Shown: positions 49,611-60,871, counted from the first letter of the whole stretch. The stretch: 63,747 bases of DNA, filler included, from Thraustochytrium aureum (GCA_012862495.1; 6 parts of 5 records of this genome joined end to end with filler, not necessarily neighbours in it), one strand, 5' to 3'. Numbers and translations: made by a program. The notes: generated from the letters alone by a model not told the origin.

Positions 49611-52182
49611 GGTGAGGTCTGCTTTTCAATCCGGCGTCGCGCGGTGGCGCACAGAAGCGTAGAGCGCAACCACTGTGCTTCACGCCAGCCCCTGACTTTG
49701 CGCGCGGACTGTTGCGAGCCTTGCCAGGGTCCGGCGAGTCCGATGCCCGAGCGCTGTCTCCTGCCCAAGGTGCTTGACTATGCTCTCAACTGGTCCAACA
49801 ACAACTCGATGAGAACTGGCACTGCATGTCAATGGTCCTGGCCAAGCACGGAGCTTGTGCGAGAAACGGAACTTGTGGCGCTCCTGAGTAAGAAGCTCTA
49901 GCGTAGTACGGCAAAGGAGGACCTCCACTGACAGTTTGACTCGGTCCTGGCCGAGGTCGGAATCGACTCCCGAGAGGATGAGTTGTTGCGAGTGGCGGCC
50001 AACCGTGTGGACCAGCGACGTTACGGTGGTTTTATTTTCAAGCTCCATCCTCTACTGGGTTGGGTTCAGCTATCAGGAAGCACAGTTGGCGCTTTTTTCT
50101 CCAAGGCAGATCCGCTGAGGAGCCGTTGGAAGCCGGGCAATAGCTGAAGCCCAGGCACGAAAAGTGGACCGCCCATGGCCCAGCAAGCGAGATAGCGCCC
50201 GTCCGGAAGCGGCCGTGCCATCCTCGAGGCGAGAAACGGACGAAAACGAAACGAGATGCGAAACTGTAAGGGGACTTTCGGGAGGCTNNNNNNNNNNNNN
50301 NNNNNNNNNNNNNNNNNNNNNNNNNNNNNNNNNNNNNNNNNNNNNNNNNNNNNNNNNNNNNNNNNNNNNNNNNNNNNNNNNNNNNNNNNNNNNNNNNNNN
50401 NNNNNNNNNNNNNNNNNNNNNNNNNNNNNNNNNNNNNNNNNNNNNNNNNNNNNNNNNNNNNNNNNNNNNNNNNCCGCTCTCGCTCCGCTCTCGCCCCGCT
50501 CTCAATCCAAGTCGCAACTCTTCGGCAAAAGGCTGATTCATCGAGCTAGCGGAGACTTGCGCGCCAGAGCCTGCTGGTTTGCTCGCTCGCTCTTGTGCTA
50601 TGGTGATCGACTTTTAACTCGCGCGGCCGCCGAAGACTCTGTGATGCAGGCCGCCAAGACCACGGGCAGCACCTGCTCCGTGCGGTGCATGTGCAAGGGG
50701 AGCACCAAGCAGATGATTGGGTTGTTACTCTACGCTAGCTAGGCTAAAAGACGGGCGGTGCGACCTCTAAAGAAATGTGAAGGAAACGACACTGCCCCAC
50801 CGATGAGTACTACTACCTAGGGTCAGGCAGCACCAACCGGGACGGGGTAGGGTTTGTGGTGGAGTCCAGCACCCGGAAAACAACGACGCATAGGCCCTTG
50901 TTCAGGGTTGCCGGGAAAAGAGCGAGCCCGACCGTGCTGAGGCTGATTGCGACGTGGGCCCAGAGCCGCTTGATAGGAAACAAGCGGTCGGTGTTGGCTC
51001 TGGACGCGATGACGAAAAGAGGATTGGCAAGGAGAACACTGAGGCTCATGCCAACCGCGCCGAGTGGCCTGGACGAATCGTGGCGGTAGTCGATGCTGGA
51101 GGAGTTGCCGTTCGAGTGCGCCAGTTGGTTGGTCCTTGACAATACATCACGCAAACGTGCCAAGCAGCAGGGCGCAATGCGACGGCTATTGCTTGGCCGA
51201 ACACCTTGTGCATCCGTCGCCTGGTCGGCTTTAGCAGCTCCTGGGGCGGCAAGTGTACGCGCAAACAACAAACGGGAACGGCCGCCAGCAGGCGATTGCA
51301 ACCAAACTCTGCGAGGACGATCACGAGGCGCATCCCAAGAGCACTGCCCCTCTTGAGCATGGCCTTCCCTCACGACAGTTGCAGATCGCCGAGGCGAGGC
51401 AAAACCCGCAGCGAGCTCGCAAGGCCGCACTCGCCTTGGCCTGCGCGGCTCGAGCCGTGGAGTCCTTGCGGAGCTGGAGAAAGAATCGATGCGAAGCAAC
51501 GGCGGCAACCAAGTGCTTGCTGGCGACGGCCACAGCGACGGCACGAGAAAGCAGCAGCGCCGATCGGGTCGCGCGAGCGCCACGACGTCCAAATTCCACC
51601 GCCCCATCCATCACCTAACGAAGCACATCCAAACAGGTCGCAGCACCTACGCTCCCTCGGCTTACCCGCCTTTCCCCCCGACTTTCCGCCATCCGCACCT
51701 CCTGCCTCAGCGAACGACAGTCCGGAACAAGAGGCAGCATGGCACAATTTGAGCGAAAGAGTGGAGCAGGTGGAGGACGAGTGGCTCGAGAGCTGCTGCG
51801 GGCGCGGCAGACTCGCAACGGGAAGGAAGGCGAAGGGAGAGAGGGCGGGCAAGCGCGGGACGCTGGCGCGCGCGCATCGCGCGAGCATCGTAGTGCAGCC
51901 GGTGTGGGCGGTCCTCACGCCGCGTTCCGCTCAAGGCGGCGGCGCCCTGCGGCGCCCTGCGGCGCGCTGGCGGAGTCGCGGCGTCGTCCAAGTGCGGACA
52001 ATCAATTGGCCGGTCGCTCTCTGCGTCGTCCTGTGCTGCTCTGCCTCGCTCGCTGGCTCGCTGGCTCGCTGGCTCGCTAGATCGCAGCTCAAGCCGGTGC
52101 GCGCGGGCGAGGCGGCGCCTGACGCAGGCAGCGCGCCCAGGGAGGGCGGCCGCCGGTTGCACGGGCAGCGCGGCGAGGCAGG

Positions 52183-54279
52183 ATGGACGGCATGCTGTTT
52201 GCAGCGTTCTTCTTCCCGCTGATCCTCTGCTCGAGCATTTTCTTCTCGCTCCTGGCGCTGGTGTTCTCGCTGTGGGCAGGGTTTGGCGACCGCCTGGGCG
52301 CAAGCGTCGAGCGGAGCCTGGGCCCCCTGGCCCCCGAGTGGGTCGTCCAGCTTCTCGTCAAGGTCCTGAACAACCCACCCGGCAAGCAGTACGGCTCAGT
52401 CCTGTACCCAATCACGCTCAACCTGATCCTGGTCTCGACCGTGCTGGGAACGTACAGCCTCGGCAAAGTCCTTTACCAGAAACGCGGCTGGAAGTTTGCG
52501 CAGCCGATGCGCGGCGGCCTGCGGTTCGTGCTGCTGCAGAGCACGCTGTGGACCATATTTTCGTTCGCACTGGTCCTGCCGTGGCTCTCAATCGAGCACA
52601 TCGGGCTTTTGACCTGGCTTGGCGTCGTCCAAAGCTCGACGGAGGACCAGAGCAGCTTTGGCGGCCTGCTCGTCTCGTCCGCCGCGCTGGGCATGCTGAG
52701 CGAGAGCTTGGTCCTCGTGGCCCTGATGGCGTTCGACTCGAGTAACAAGCAGCTGGGGAACGAGGACCTGCGCGTCCTCGAGACGGGCAACTGGAACTGG
52801 AACAAGATGTTTGGCGAGAGCAGCACCAAGTTTTGGTGGGTTTTCATCGGCCTGCAGTGCCTGATGACCCTCTACTCGTGCGCAGTGGCGCTCCTGATCG
52901 ACGAGATCCAGAACAGCGCGATCCAGGGCCTGATGATGATGGTTTTCGTGTCGCTGCTGGCAGTGGCGATGGCGCTCACCAACGTTGTGGGCGGCAAGTG
53001 GCGCCACGGCGAGGTGGCCTACCACCTGTACATGCCGTTTCGCGGAGGCAGGCTATTCGCCGCGATGCAAGGCGTCGGTTGGATGCTGTTCGCGCTTGCG
53101 CTTCTCGTGGTCGGCGCGCGCGTGTTCGACGTGACGTGGGAGGGCAAGTCGCTCATCCAAAAGGGGCTCCTTGGGACGGCGGGGACTTTGGGGTTTGCCT
53201 CGCAGCTGCTCATCGCCGCGTCGCTTTTCTTCTTCGACCCCAACAAAGCGGGCCGGTCTCCTTACATCAAAAAGATTGACCAGCTCGAGGGCAAGTATGT
53301 TCCGCGGAGCAAGCGCCGCGGGGCCGATGCCGCTGGAGGCGGAGGCGCGAGCCGAGGCCGTCAGGGGCGGAGTTTGGCCGCGGGCCGTGGCGATGCTTTT
53401 GGCGCCGAGAGCGACGAGGCTGGCCAAGCCCGCCAAGGCCGGAGCGCGACCAAGCGAGGAGGGGCTGCGCGCGAGCGGTCAAAGAGCAGGCCGCGCGCAA
53501 CGGGGCCCAGGCGCCGCGGCGCCGCAGCGCAACCTAGCCGCGACGACCAGGTCGACGCTGCTGCCGCGGTAGCCCAGCACGGGGCCTCCTGGGCAATCGA
53601 CCGCATCATCGGGAAGCGGCCCAAGCCCGATCGCGAAGGGGCTTTCGAGTTTCTCGTCCAGTGGAGGGCCCCCACAAGAATGAGCACGTGGGCAATGCTA
53701 GAGGGAATCAGGGCCAAGGTGCAGGGCAACGCCGCGTACGAGGCGATCGCCGAGTACGAGAGGCAGCGCGCCGAGATCGGTCGCCTTTCGGAGGACGAAG
53801 AGGGCTTCTTTGGCGGCACCCCAATCGTGCGCGCAGCAGTGTCGCGGGTCTCGGGCGTGCCTGAGGCCGACGAGAACGAGAACGACGACGACAACGACGA
53901 TGACGACAACGACGATGACGACGAAGAAGAAGAAGTGGATGACGACGAGGAGGAATACGACGACGCCAACATCGACGAGGCAAGAGAACGGGCGCTCAAG
54001 GACCAGCCGAGCAGCGCGACTGCCGCCGTGGGCAAATCCGGGCAGGGCCTGAGCGCGGGCGAGCGCGGGCGGGCGCGCTCAGGGAGGGCCAGTCCGCGAC
54101 GGCGGTCCCGTACGCCCGCCGCGGCGCCCTCGGCAACCGAGTCTGGCGAGCACGAATGGGAAGAGTGCGAGGACGAGATGGGAAATGTGTACTACTATTG
54201 CGTCACAACCGGGGAGACAGTGCACGACATTTTGCCAGAGCAGCACGGCAGCGCGAGGGCTGCGCTGCGCATGAGGTAG
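52183..54279 (+). CDS. Polytopic membrane protein with C-terminal chromo-like, acidic, RS-rich and WW-like regions (698 aa)
   Basis: About 8-9 hydrophobic helices in the first 355 aa. WAIDRIIGKR..EFLVQW..STW is chromo-like; EWEECEDEMGNVYYYCVTTGET is WW-like. Intact ORF. Confidence 0.8.
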   Translation: MDGMLFAAFFFPLILCSSIFFSLLALVFSLWAGFGDRLGASVERSLGPLAPEWVVQLLVKVLNNPPGKQYGSVLYPITLNLILVSTVLGTYSLGKVLYQKRGWKFAQPMRGGLRFVLLQSTLWTIFSFALVLPWLSIEHIGLLTWLGVVQSSTEDQSSFGGLLVSSAALGMLSESLVLVALMAFDSSNKQLGNEDLRVLETGNWNWNKMFGESSTKFWWVFIGLQCLMTLYSCAVALLIDEIQNSAIQGLMMMVFVSLLAVAMALTNVVGGKWRHGEVAYHLYMPFRGGRLFAAMQGVGWMLFALALLVVGARVFDVTWEGKSLIQKGLLGTAGTLGFASQLLIAASLFFFDPNKAGRSPYIKKIDQLEGKYVPRSKRRGADAAGGGGASRGRQGRSLAAGRGDAFGAESDEAGQARQGRSATKRGGAARERSKSRPRATGPRRRGAAAQPSRDDQVDAAAAVAQHGASWAIDRIIGKRPKPDREGAFEFLVQWRAPTRMSTWAMLEGIRAKVQGNAAYEAIAEYERQRAEIGRLSEDEEGFFGGTPIVRAAVSRVSGVPEADENENDDDNDDDDNDDDDEEEEVDDDEEEYDDANIDEARERALKDQPSSATAAVGKSGQGLSAGERGRARSGRASPRRRSRTPAAAPSATESGEHEWEECEDEMGNVYYYCVTTGETVHDILPEQHGSARAALRMR

Positions 54280-54458
54280 TTGGATGTGGAATAAGCGAAT
54301 TGCTGTTGTTTGCCATTCTTTTGGCCTTCCTTTGTCCTAAGAAAAGAAGAATGCAAACCCCTTGATAGACTCGAGGGCGAGCGGGCCGGCGTGAGGCGTC
54401 TCCCCGTCCCTGTCCCCGCACTCGTCAAGGTGGGCTCTTAGAACCGAGCCGAATCGCT

Positions 54459-55073
54459 TTAGTTGTCTTTGGCCGGCTTGCCGGGGGTCTTGCCCAAGAC
54501 GTGGGGTTTGAGGTGGCGCGATATCTGGAGCATGTGGGTGGGCCCAGCACCGAGAACCGCGGCGAGGGTCGCGTCGCTGTTGATAATCTTGCGGTCGTCC
54601 TTGTCCTGGAGATCGTGTTCCTTGATATATTTCCAGATCTTGCGCAGGATGCCAGCTCGCGTCTCGATTTCGGTGCCAATGACCATTTTGAGGGCGTCCG
54701 AAACCTGCAAAAGCTGCGTCGTGAAGTGCGTCTCTCGCTTGACTTTGGGCTTAGGCGTCGCTCCTTCTCCTTCTTCGCCGTCTCCAACAGCCTTCTTCTT
54801 CTTCTTCGTGGTCAACTTGGTGGTCTTGGTCGCCTTGGCGGCAGGCAGCGCCACCTTGACCATCTTGAAATTCTCGGGCCCGTGATCTTCCTCCTCGTCG
54901 TCCTCCTCATCTTGCAGCAGCGCCTTCTTGGTCTTCTTCGTCGTCTTCTTGCTCACCGCAAAATACCGCGGCCCGAGCCACGCGCCCGCATCTCCGTGAT
55001 GAACGCCGCTGAGCAGCGCGCCCTGGCGCGCGACGCTGGCCAGCGCCGCGCGGCGTGCAACTGCCGCAAGCAT
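54459..55073 (-). CDS. SWIB/MDM2-domain protein with probable mitochondrial presequence
   Basis: TRAGILRKIWKYIKEHDLQDKDDRKIINSDATL..MLQISRHLKPH. N-terminus MLAAVARRAALASVARQGALL. Confidence 0.88.
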   Translation of the reverse strand: MLAAVARRAALASVARQGALLSGVHHGDAGAWLGPRYFAVSKKTTKKTKKALLQDEEDDEEEDHGPENFKMVKVALPAAKATKTTKLTTKKKKKAVGDGEEGEGATPKPKVKRETHFTTQLLQVSDALKMVIGTEIETRAGILRKIWKYIKEHDLQDKDDRKIINSDATLAAVLGAGPTHMLQISRHLKPHVLGKTPGKPAKDN

Positions 55074-55366
55074 CTCCTCCTCCGCACGCACGCACGCACG
55101 CACGCACGCTCGCAGGCAGGCAGGCAGGCAGGCAGGCAAGAGATGGATCGATCGAGCAGGTGAGCGAGATAGAGTACCTTACCTTCTTCTTGCGCCAGAT
55201 CCTGCAGCTCCAACTAGCTCTGGCAGCCCTGGCCCGTTCGGACTCTGCCGCAGCGGCGGTGATGATTGAACGAGCGAGAGCGGGACGGAAGATAGTCAGA
55301 GAGCAGGGAGAGTAGCAGGCGCATCATGATCACGATGCGCTTCCGAGTCGAGGAAAAAAACTGCAG

Positions 55367-55466
55367 NNNNNNNNNNNNNNNNNNNNNNNNNNNNNNNNNN
55401 NNNNNNNNNNTTAATTAATTAANNNNNNNNNNNNNNNNNNNNNNNNNNNNNNNNNNNNNNNNNNNN
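55367..55466. other. Artificial scaffold-joining spacer
   Basis: N44-TTAATTAATTAA-N44. Confidence 0.95.
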
Positions 55467-56361
55467 TTTTGTTCGCAGGTTGGATCTGCGTCGGCCTTTT
55501 CTTTGGCTGCTTGAGGCGAACGACCGTGACAAGCGTTACGTGCGAGACTACCACGTCGGTACAGCCGATGAGCTGCCACACGATGCTGCTGTTCGCATCT
55601 GTTTGAAGAAAGAACGCGGCGATGCCGTACACCACGGTCGAGATGATGGCAATAACGCACGATGCGGCGTTCCTGCGAGCCATTTTCACAACGCGATCCC
55701 GAAAGTTGGTCGATTGAGCTGTGGCACTAACTGTACTTGACGCGGCGATCGTGAAAACCGGGTCAAGAAAGATCGCCAAACACAGAAGCGAGATGGCCGA
55801 GTCACCGAACACGATCAGCGCAATGAGCCAATGTGGGTGGAGGTAGCCTATCATTTGACACGGCGTGTCCTCAAAGGTGGTCGTCGAGGGCGAGAAATAG
55901 AGCGCAATGTTTACGCAAAAGTAGCCGGCGCACGATACCGCGAGGGTCCAGGTCATGAGTCGATGGCGGCGGATCAAGCTTTCGTGAAACATGTGCGTGT
56001 TTCTTGGATTGAACATCTCGCCCTGCTTGGAGTAGTAGAAAACGTAGCTACCCAGGAGAGTCTGCGCGTAGAAAAACTCGCATATTTTGTGAAATGCGTC
56101 GCTCGGCCAGATCACTTGCCCGATCGCAAGCATCGCCGAGACCAGCGTTACCACCTGGACCGTATACAGATAGACCAAGCTCTTTTGCTGGAGCCCCGGC
56201 GCTGGGTGTCGTCTCCTAAGCGCGTGCTGAATAAGTCCCAACAGAATCAGCAACAGGACGCTGATGTAAACAATAGCTTTCTGTGCGAGAGCCTCGTATC
56301 CGACGCAAGCTACCAATGCGTCTTGCGGCAAGGCCAGGAGCATTCTTGCGTGTGCCACCAT
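55467..56361 (-). CDS. Seven-transmembrane (GPCR-like) protein, 3'-truncated
   Basis: Seven hydrophobic segments, a Cys in the TM4-5 loop, and a basic loop (VKMARRN) before TM6. No signature sequence recognised. Confidence 0.6.
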
Positions 56362-56407
56362 TTGTCGTTTGCCGGGCGTGCGCCTTTGCCCGGCCCGCTT
56401 CCGCCTG

Positions 56408-56450
<43 letters not shown>

Positions 56451-56867
56451 GTGTTTGGTGTTTAGCATCCTCGGAGAAACCTACAGCAGGATTCTTGCGA
56501 GCCAAATGACTTGGTTGGGGTGGAAATGCTTTGCTTGGCCACTCACACAACAAAACCGTCCGGCCGACGCCGCCTTGCTTTCGTCGCTGGATGAGCCAGC
56601 CTTTCACCTGATACGCCGTGTGGTTGGTGTGTGATACAGCGCTGCGCTGACAGAAACGGAAGGGGTCGACCCCCAAAAAGTTGCCCTGCACGAAATGGCA
56701 ATGCCCAACCTTTCCAGCGCCAGCTGCGTCTTTTCGGAACGGCGCCTCGACGAATGCCGCACCGATTCCAACGGATACCTAACGGACACTTGTTTTAGGT
56801 GACCAGCACAACAGCATCTCCAAACCGTGGCGCATCAGGGCAAAACCATCATATTTCGTCAGAATCG

Positions 56868-56942
56868 CCGTCAGAGCAGTCCGTCGACGCCCGTCAGAGC
56901 AGTCCGTCGACGCCCGTCAGAGCTGTTCCATCGACGCCCGTC
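56868..56942. repeat. Three tandem copies of a 23-bp unit CCGTCAGAGCAGTCCGTCGACGC
   Basis: Identical copies at 56868 and 56891; a diverged copy at 56914. Confidence 0.85.
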
Positions 56943-57349
56943 GCCAAAGAACTCTCGCAACACACTCACCAACAGATCAATCAGTACCGTAGGAGCAGTG
57001 AACACTTTCCACAACGAACTATTCTTTGCTCTTTTGGCACTTCCAAAGAACTACTCGCTGNNNNNNNNNNNNNNNNNNNNNNNNNNNNNNNNNNNNNNNN
57101 NNNNNNNNNNNNNNNNNNNNNNNNNNNNNNNNNNNNNNNNNNNNNNNNNNNNNNNNNNNNNNNNNNNNNNNNNNNNNNNNNNNNNNNNNNNNNNNNNNNN
57201 NNNNNNNNNNNNNNNNNNNNNNNNNNNNNNNNNNNNNNNNNNNNNNNNNNNNNNNNNNNNNNNNNNNNNNNNNNNNNNNNNNNNNNNNNNNNNNTTCATG
57301 TCGTTCCCACGTCACTGACGTCAGCAGAGCAGCAACTACTCGGGCGCGC

Positions 57350-57422
57350 GGCAGGCAGGCGGGCAGAGAGCAGGCAGGCAGGCAGGCGAGCAGGCAGGCA
57401 GGCAGGCAGGAAGGCAGGCAGG
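57350..57422. repeat. (GGCA)n microsatellite upstream of YIPF5
   Basis: gcaggcaggc.. seen directly. Confidence 0.85.
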
Positions 57423-57670
57423 CGCTCGGTCGAGCACCCCTCCGCAGGCCCGTTGGACGGCCACGCGGCCGGCGTCCAGCGACGTGTTTTGTTGCTGTTT
57501 GTTGTTGTCCAATCGGGACGCTTGGTGTGGTCTTGCCGCTTTGCGGCCGCGCGGCCTGCCGCTTTGCGCAGCTTGCTGCTGGCCGTGGTGCGGGTGCCGC
57601 CAGCGGTGGGCGAAGGCTGCTGGCGGAAGGCGGCTGAGGTGGCCACGTGCTGCTGGACGCGGCGGGCGAG

Positions 57671-58732
57671 ATGTCGTACGGCGGCAGTGGAGGGCAGCAC
57701 GGGTATGGCGGCAGCGACCAGTACGGGTCGAACTGGGACCAGCAGCAGCAGCAGCAGCAGGGCGGAGGGTACGGAAATGCGCAGCAGCAGTATGCACAAG
57801 GGGGCTACTATGGCGAGCAACAGCAGGAGCAGTACGGGCAGCCGGCGCCCGGATACAACAACCAGTACAACAGCAACCAAGGCAGTGGCGGGCAGCAGGA
57901 TGAGTGGTTCTCAGGTCCCGGTGCCCAGGGGCAGCAAGGGCAGACCGCGTTTGGCGTCCCCCAGGCTCAACAGGGCCATGGTGCGTTTGGCGCCCCCCCG
58001 GCGCAGCAGAGCCAGGCCGCGCTCAGCAGGGCTGGTGCTTCCGGGAGCGCGTTCGCTGGCGCGGGGATGGCGTCGCAGATTCCAAGCGTCTTTAGCCCGC
58101 TAGCTGTCGGCTTCTCCTCGTTCACGTCGCACGGGTTCGCTCCGACCCAGCCGTTGGACGCCCCGGATGACGCCTCTGGCTCGATGGGGTTTGCGGGGTA
58201 CGAGGGGGAGCCGCCGCTGCTGGAGGAGCTTGGGATCAACTTTGACCACATCTACAACAAGACGTTGGCCGTCGTCAACCCGACCCGTACGGTGGACCCA
58301 GAGATCCTTGGCGACTCGGACATGGCGGGCCCGCTCGTGTTTTGCCTCATCCAGGGCTTCTGCCTCATGTTTAGCGGCAAACTCTTCTTCGGGTATGTAT
58401 TTGGGTTTGGCGTGGTCGGCTGCGTCTCCATGTACACGGTGGTCAACCTGATGAACCACGCGGGCACAACGCAGATCGACCTCTCGCGCGTGTTCTCGGT
58501 CCTTGGCTACTGCTTGTTGCCAATTGTGATGCTCTCCGCCGTGACGGTGATCTTTGACTTGCGCAGGATTTCTTGGCTGGGCACCCCGCTGACTCTGCTG
58601 GCCATTTTTTGGTGCACGATCACTGCTACGCGTTTCTTCGAGTCTGCGACGCAGATGCGCGAGCAGCGCTACTTGATCGCCTACCCGGTCTTCCTGTTGT
58701 ACGCCTGCTTTGCGCTGATCACGGTGTTTTGA
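57671..58732 (+). CDS. YIPF5: Yip1/YIPF5 ER-Golgi trafficking membrane protein
   Basis: EPPLLEELGINFDHI..KTLAVVNP, DMAGPLVFCL, SVLGYCLLP and QRYLIAYPVFLLYACFALITVF. Q/G/Y-rich N-terminus. Confidence 0.93.
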   Translation: MSYGGSGGQHGYGGSDQYGSNWDQQQQQQQGGGYGNAQQQYAQGGYYGEQQQEQYGQPAPGYNNQYNSNQGSGGQQDEWFSGPGAQGQQGQTAFGVPQAQQGHGAFGAPPAQQSQAALSRAGASGSAFAGAGMASQIPSVFSPLAVGFSSFTSHGFAPTQPLDAPDDASGSMGFAGYEGEPPLLEELGINFDHIYNKTLAVVNPTRTVDPEILGDSDMAGPLVFCLIQGFCLMFSGKLFFGYVFGFGVVGCVSMYTVVNLMNHAGTTQIDLSRVFSVLGYCLLPIVMLSAVTVIFDLRRISWLGTPLTLLAIFWCTITATRFFESATQMREQRYLIAYPVFLLYACFALITVF

Positions 58733-59217
58733 CATCGCTCAAGGTCAACGCAGACCAGGTCAAGTAGATTCGTGAAGGGCTGAAGCGGCAGGCGAGCCCC
58801 GGCGAGACAAACAGATTCATACACATCTTCGACCTACAGAGCGTGCTGCCAACCCTGAAATGGGAAATGGGGGGAGAGGCGCCTACTAGTTGAATGAGCT
58901 CCCGCAGGACCCGAGGGACTCGGCGCACGACGCAACGGACTCTGCATCCGAATCGCCCCCGCAAAGCCGCGCGCTCACGAGGCGCTTGTCTTGGGCGCCC
59001 TCCGCCCCGCGCTCGTCCTCCTCGACGTCGTCAAAGGCATCGTCTTCGTAATAGTTTTCCTCGTCCTGATCAGTTTCGCTGCCCGATTGGTTGCCCTTGT
59101 TTCGCGGCGCGGAATCCATGCCAGCAACTTGGCCATCGCCGCTGGAACTGCAGAAGGGAAACGGGGGCTCTGGCCCCAACAGCGCGAACGCGCCGCCTGG
59201 GACAAGCACGCCATGGC

Positions 59218-59317
59218 NNNNNNNNNNNNNNNNNNNNNNNNNNNNNNNNNNNNNNNNNNNNTTAATTAATTAANNNNNNNNNNNNNNNNNNNNNNNNNNN
59301 NNNNNNNNNNNNNNNNN
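59218..59317. other. Artificial scaffold-joining spacer
   Basis: N44-TTAATTAATTAA-N44. Confidence 0.95.
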
Positions 59318-60871
59318 GTCGGCTTCTGCGCCCTCCCTGTGGTGGTGCGCTCTCTCTGCCGCACCCTGACTGAACCTAACCGAGCATCCGCCTTCCCTCA
59401 GGGCCTCGCGTGCTTTCGCACTTTACCCACCGGTTGGGAGGGCGGAGTCGGGATGTGCTGGTGGCGCTGCACCTGCGTGAGGCCACGAGGCAGGAGTGTT
59501 CCAGGAATTGGACTTGTCTCGCCAACGGTCCGGCGCGCGATGTGAGGGCAGCGCGGCGCGCGCTGAGAGGCGCCGCGCGCGCTGTGAGGGAAGGAGCCGG
59601 GTCGCTGTGAGGGGCGCGCGGCGCCGAAACGCTGCAAAAAGCGTCAAGGCTGGGCCAGTTTGCCTCTGCCTGCGATTCCCCGTTCCCTCTTTCCTGGCTC
59701 CGCCGCAGTTTTGTTCCCCCTCCTGAAACTCACCGCGTCCGCCTGACTGAACGCCTGCGTCACTCATACGTCGCGCCTATGGAGGAGCGGGTCTGCTTCC
59801 TTTTTTTTGTTGTTTTTTTTGTTGTTTTTTTTTTGCTTGGCGTTTGGGGAGGAGCCAGCTGCAGTTTTGTTCCTCAGACACGTGGCTCGTACTTCTCTGT
59901 TGTACTTGCTCACTTCTCTGTGCGGTCGGTCATTCATGTGCTCCTGGCTTTTGTGTGGTGCGCGGCGGGCGGGGAGTAGAGTAGGCAGGGAGTTTGCAGA
60001 CATCCGGTAGTACCGGTGACGGCGCAGGCTCCGCTTGTTGGTGGTGGTGGGAGAGAGAGAGGACTTGCTTGCCCGCGTCCCACGTGCAAGCTGCGCGAGC
60101 CGGTCCCAGCGCGAAGAGTTGGGCGCAGGTGGTGCCAGTCATGTTGGCTGGCTGGGGCATGCAGGCCTCGTTTGATTGAAGAGGTTGGCTGGAGCAATGC
60201 TGTCGAATCGATCCGCGGGAGATCGTTGACAATCTTTTTCTATAACGGACGATCTACATGGGAAGGCGGCCATTGTTCGGCAGGCTTCAGACCTTTGGTC
60301 GTCAGTCCGGTTCCCTCGGGACTAGTCTCAGCGGCCCCCGTCGCGCACAGAGATCTCCCGTCACAGGCAGCCTCTCGGGACTCCAACGTCCTCTCCGAAG
60401 TCAGCCTGCTGGCTGGGAAACGCGGGCTGCGTCTGGTTTCTTCGTCTGGTTTCTTCCAGCTGCTCCAACAAGAGGCTGGTTGCTTGGTGCAACGGTTCCG
60501 ATCCACAGGCGATCGATCGTCGACGAGCCTGTCTCGTACGTTTCAACATGGGTCGCCGCCACCTTCAGAGACGCAGCCCGAGCACAACTGCCGCAAAACA
60601 ACAGGCAGGCACACATGAGGGTGCTCGCAGTCATGCAGCAGCAGCAAACTTGGCTCGACGAGTTCATTGATGGCACAACGGGCTCGGTTCATGAAAAAGA
60701 AGGTACAAATGGTTTGATGTCAACCCGAGAAGCCTGCCCGCTTGGGCGCGAGCAGGGCTCCACGAGTATCACCCCCAGAGAGTCGGCAAGCGGCGGACCG
60801 GCGTCGCTCCCGGGAGCGAAAAACAAAAAGGAGGGTGGACGCATCGCAATCAATCCGCGGGGAAGAGCCAG

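Noticed and set aside
49611..52182. ORFs in the AMT-B upstream interval
   Set aside because: No coding bias or motifs recognised; treated as intergenic.
58886..59209. Acidic short ORF (EENYYEDDAFDDVEED) at the scaffold end
   Set aside because: May be a gene fragment, but it is short, abuts a spacer and has no identifiable family.
6313..59273. Five identical TTAATTAATTAA palindromes as a biological repeat or insertion target
   Set aside because: Each is centred in exactly 44+44 Ns and puts stops in all six frames, so it is an assembly linker.
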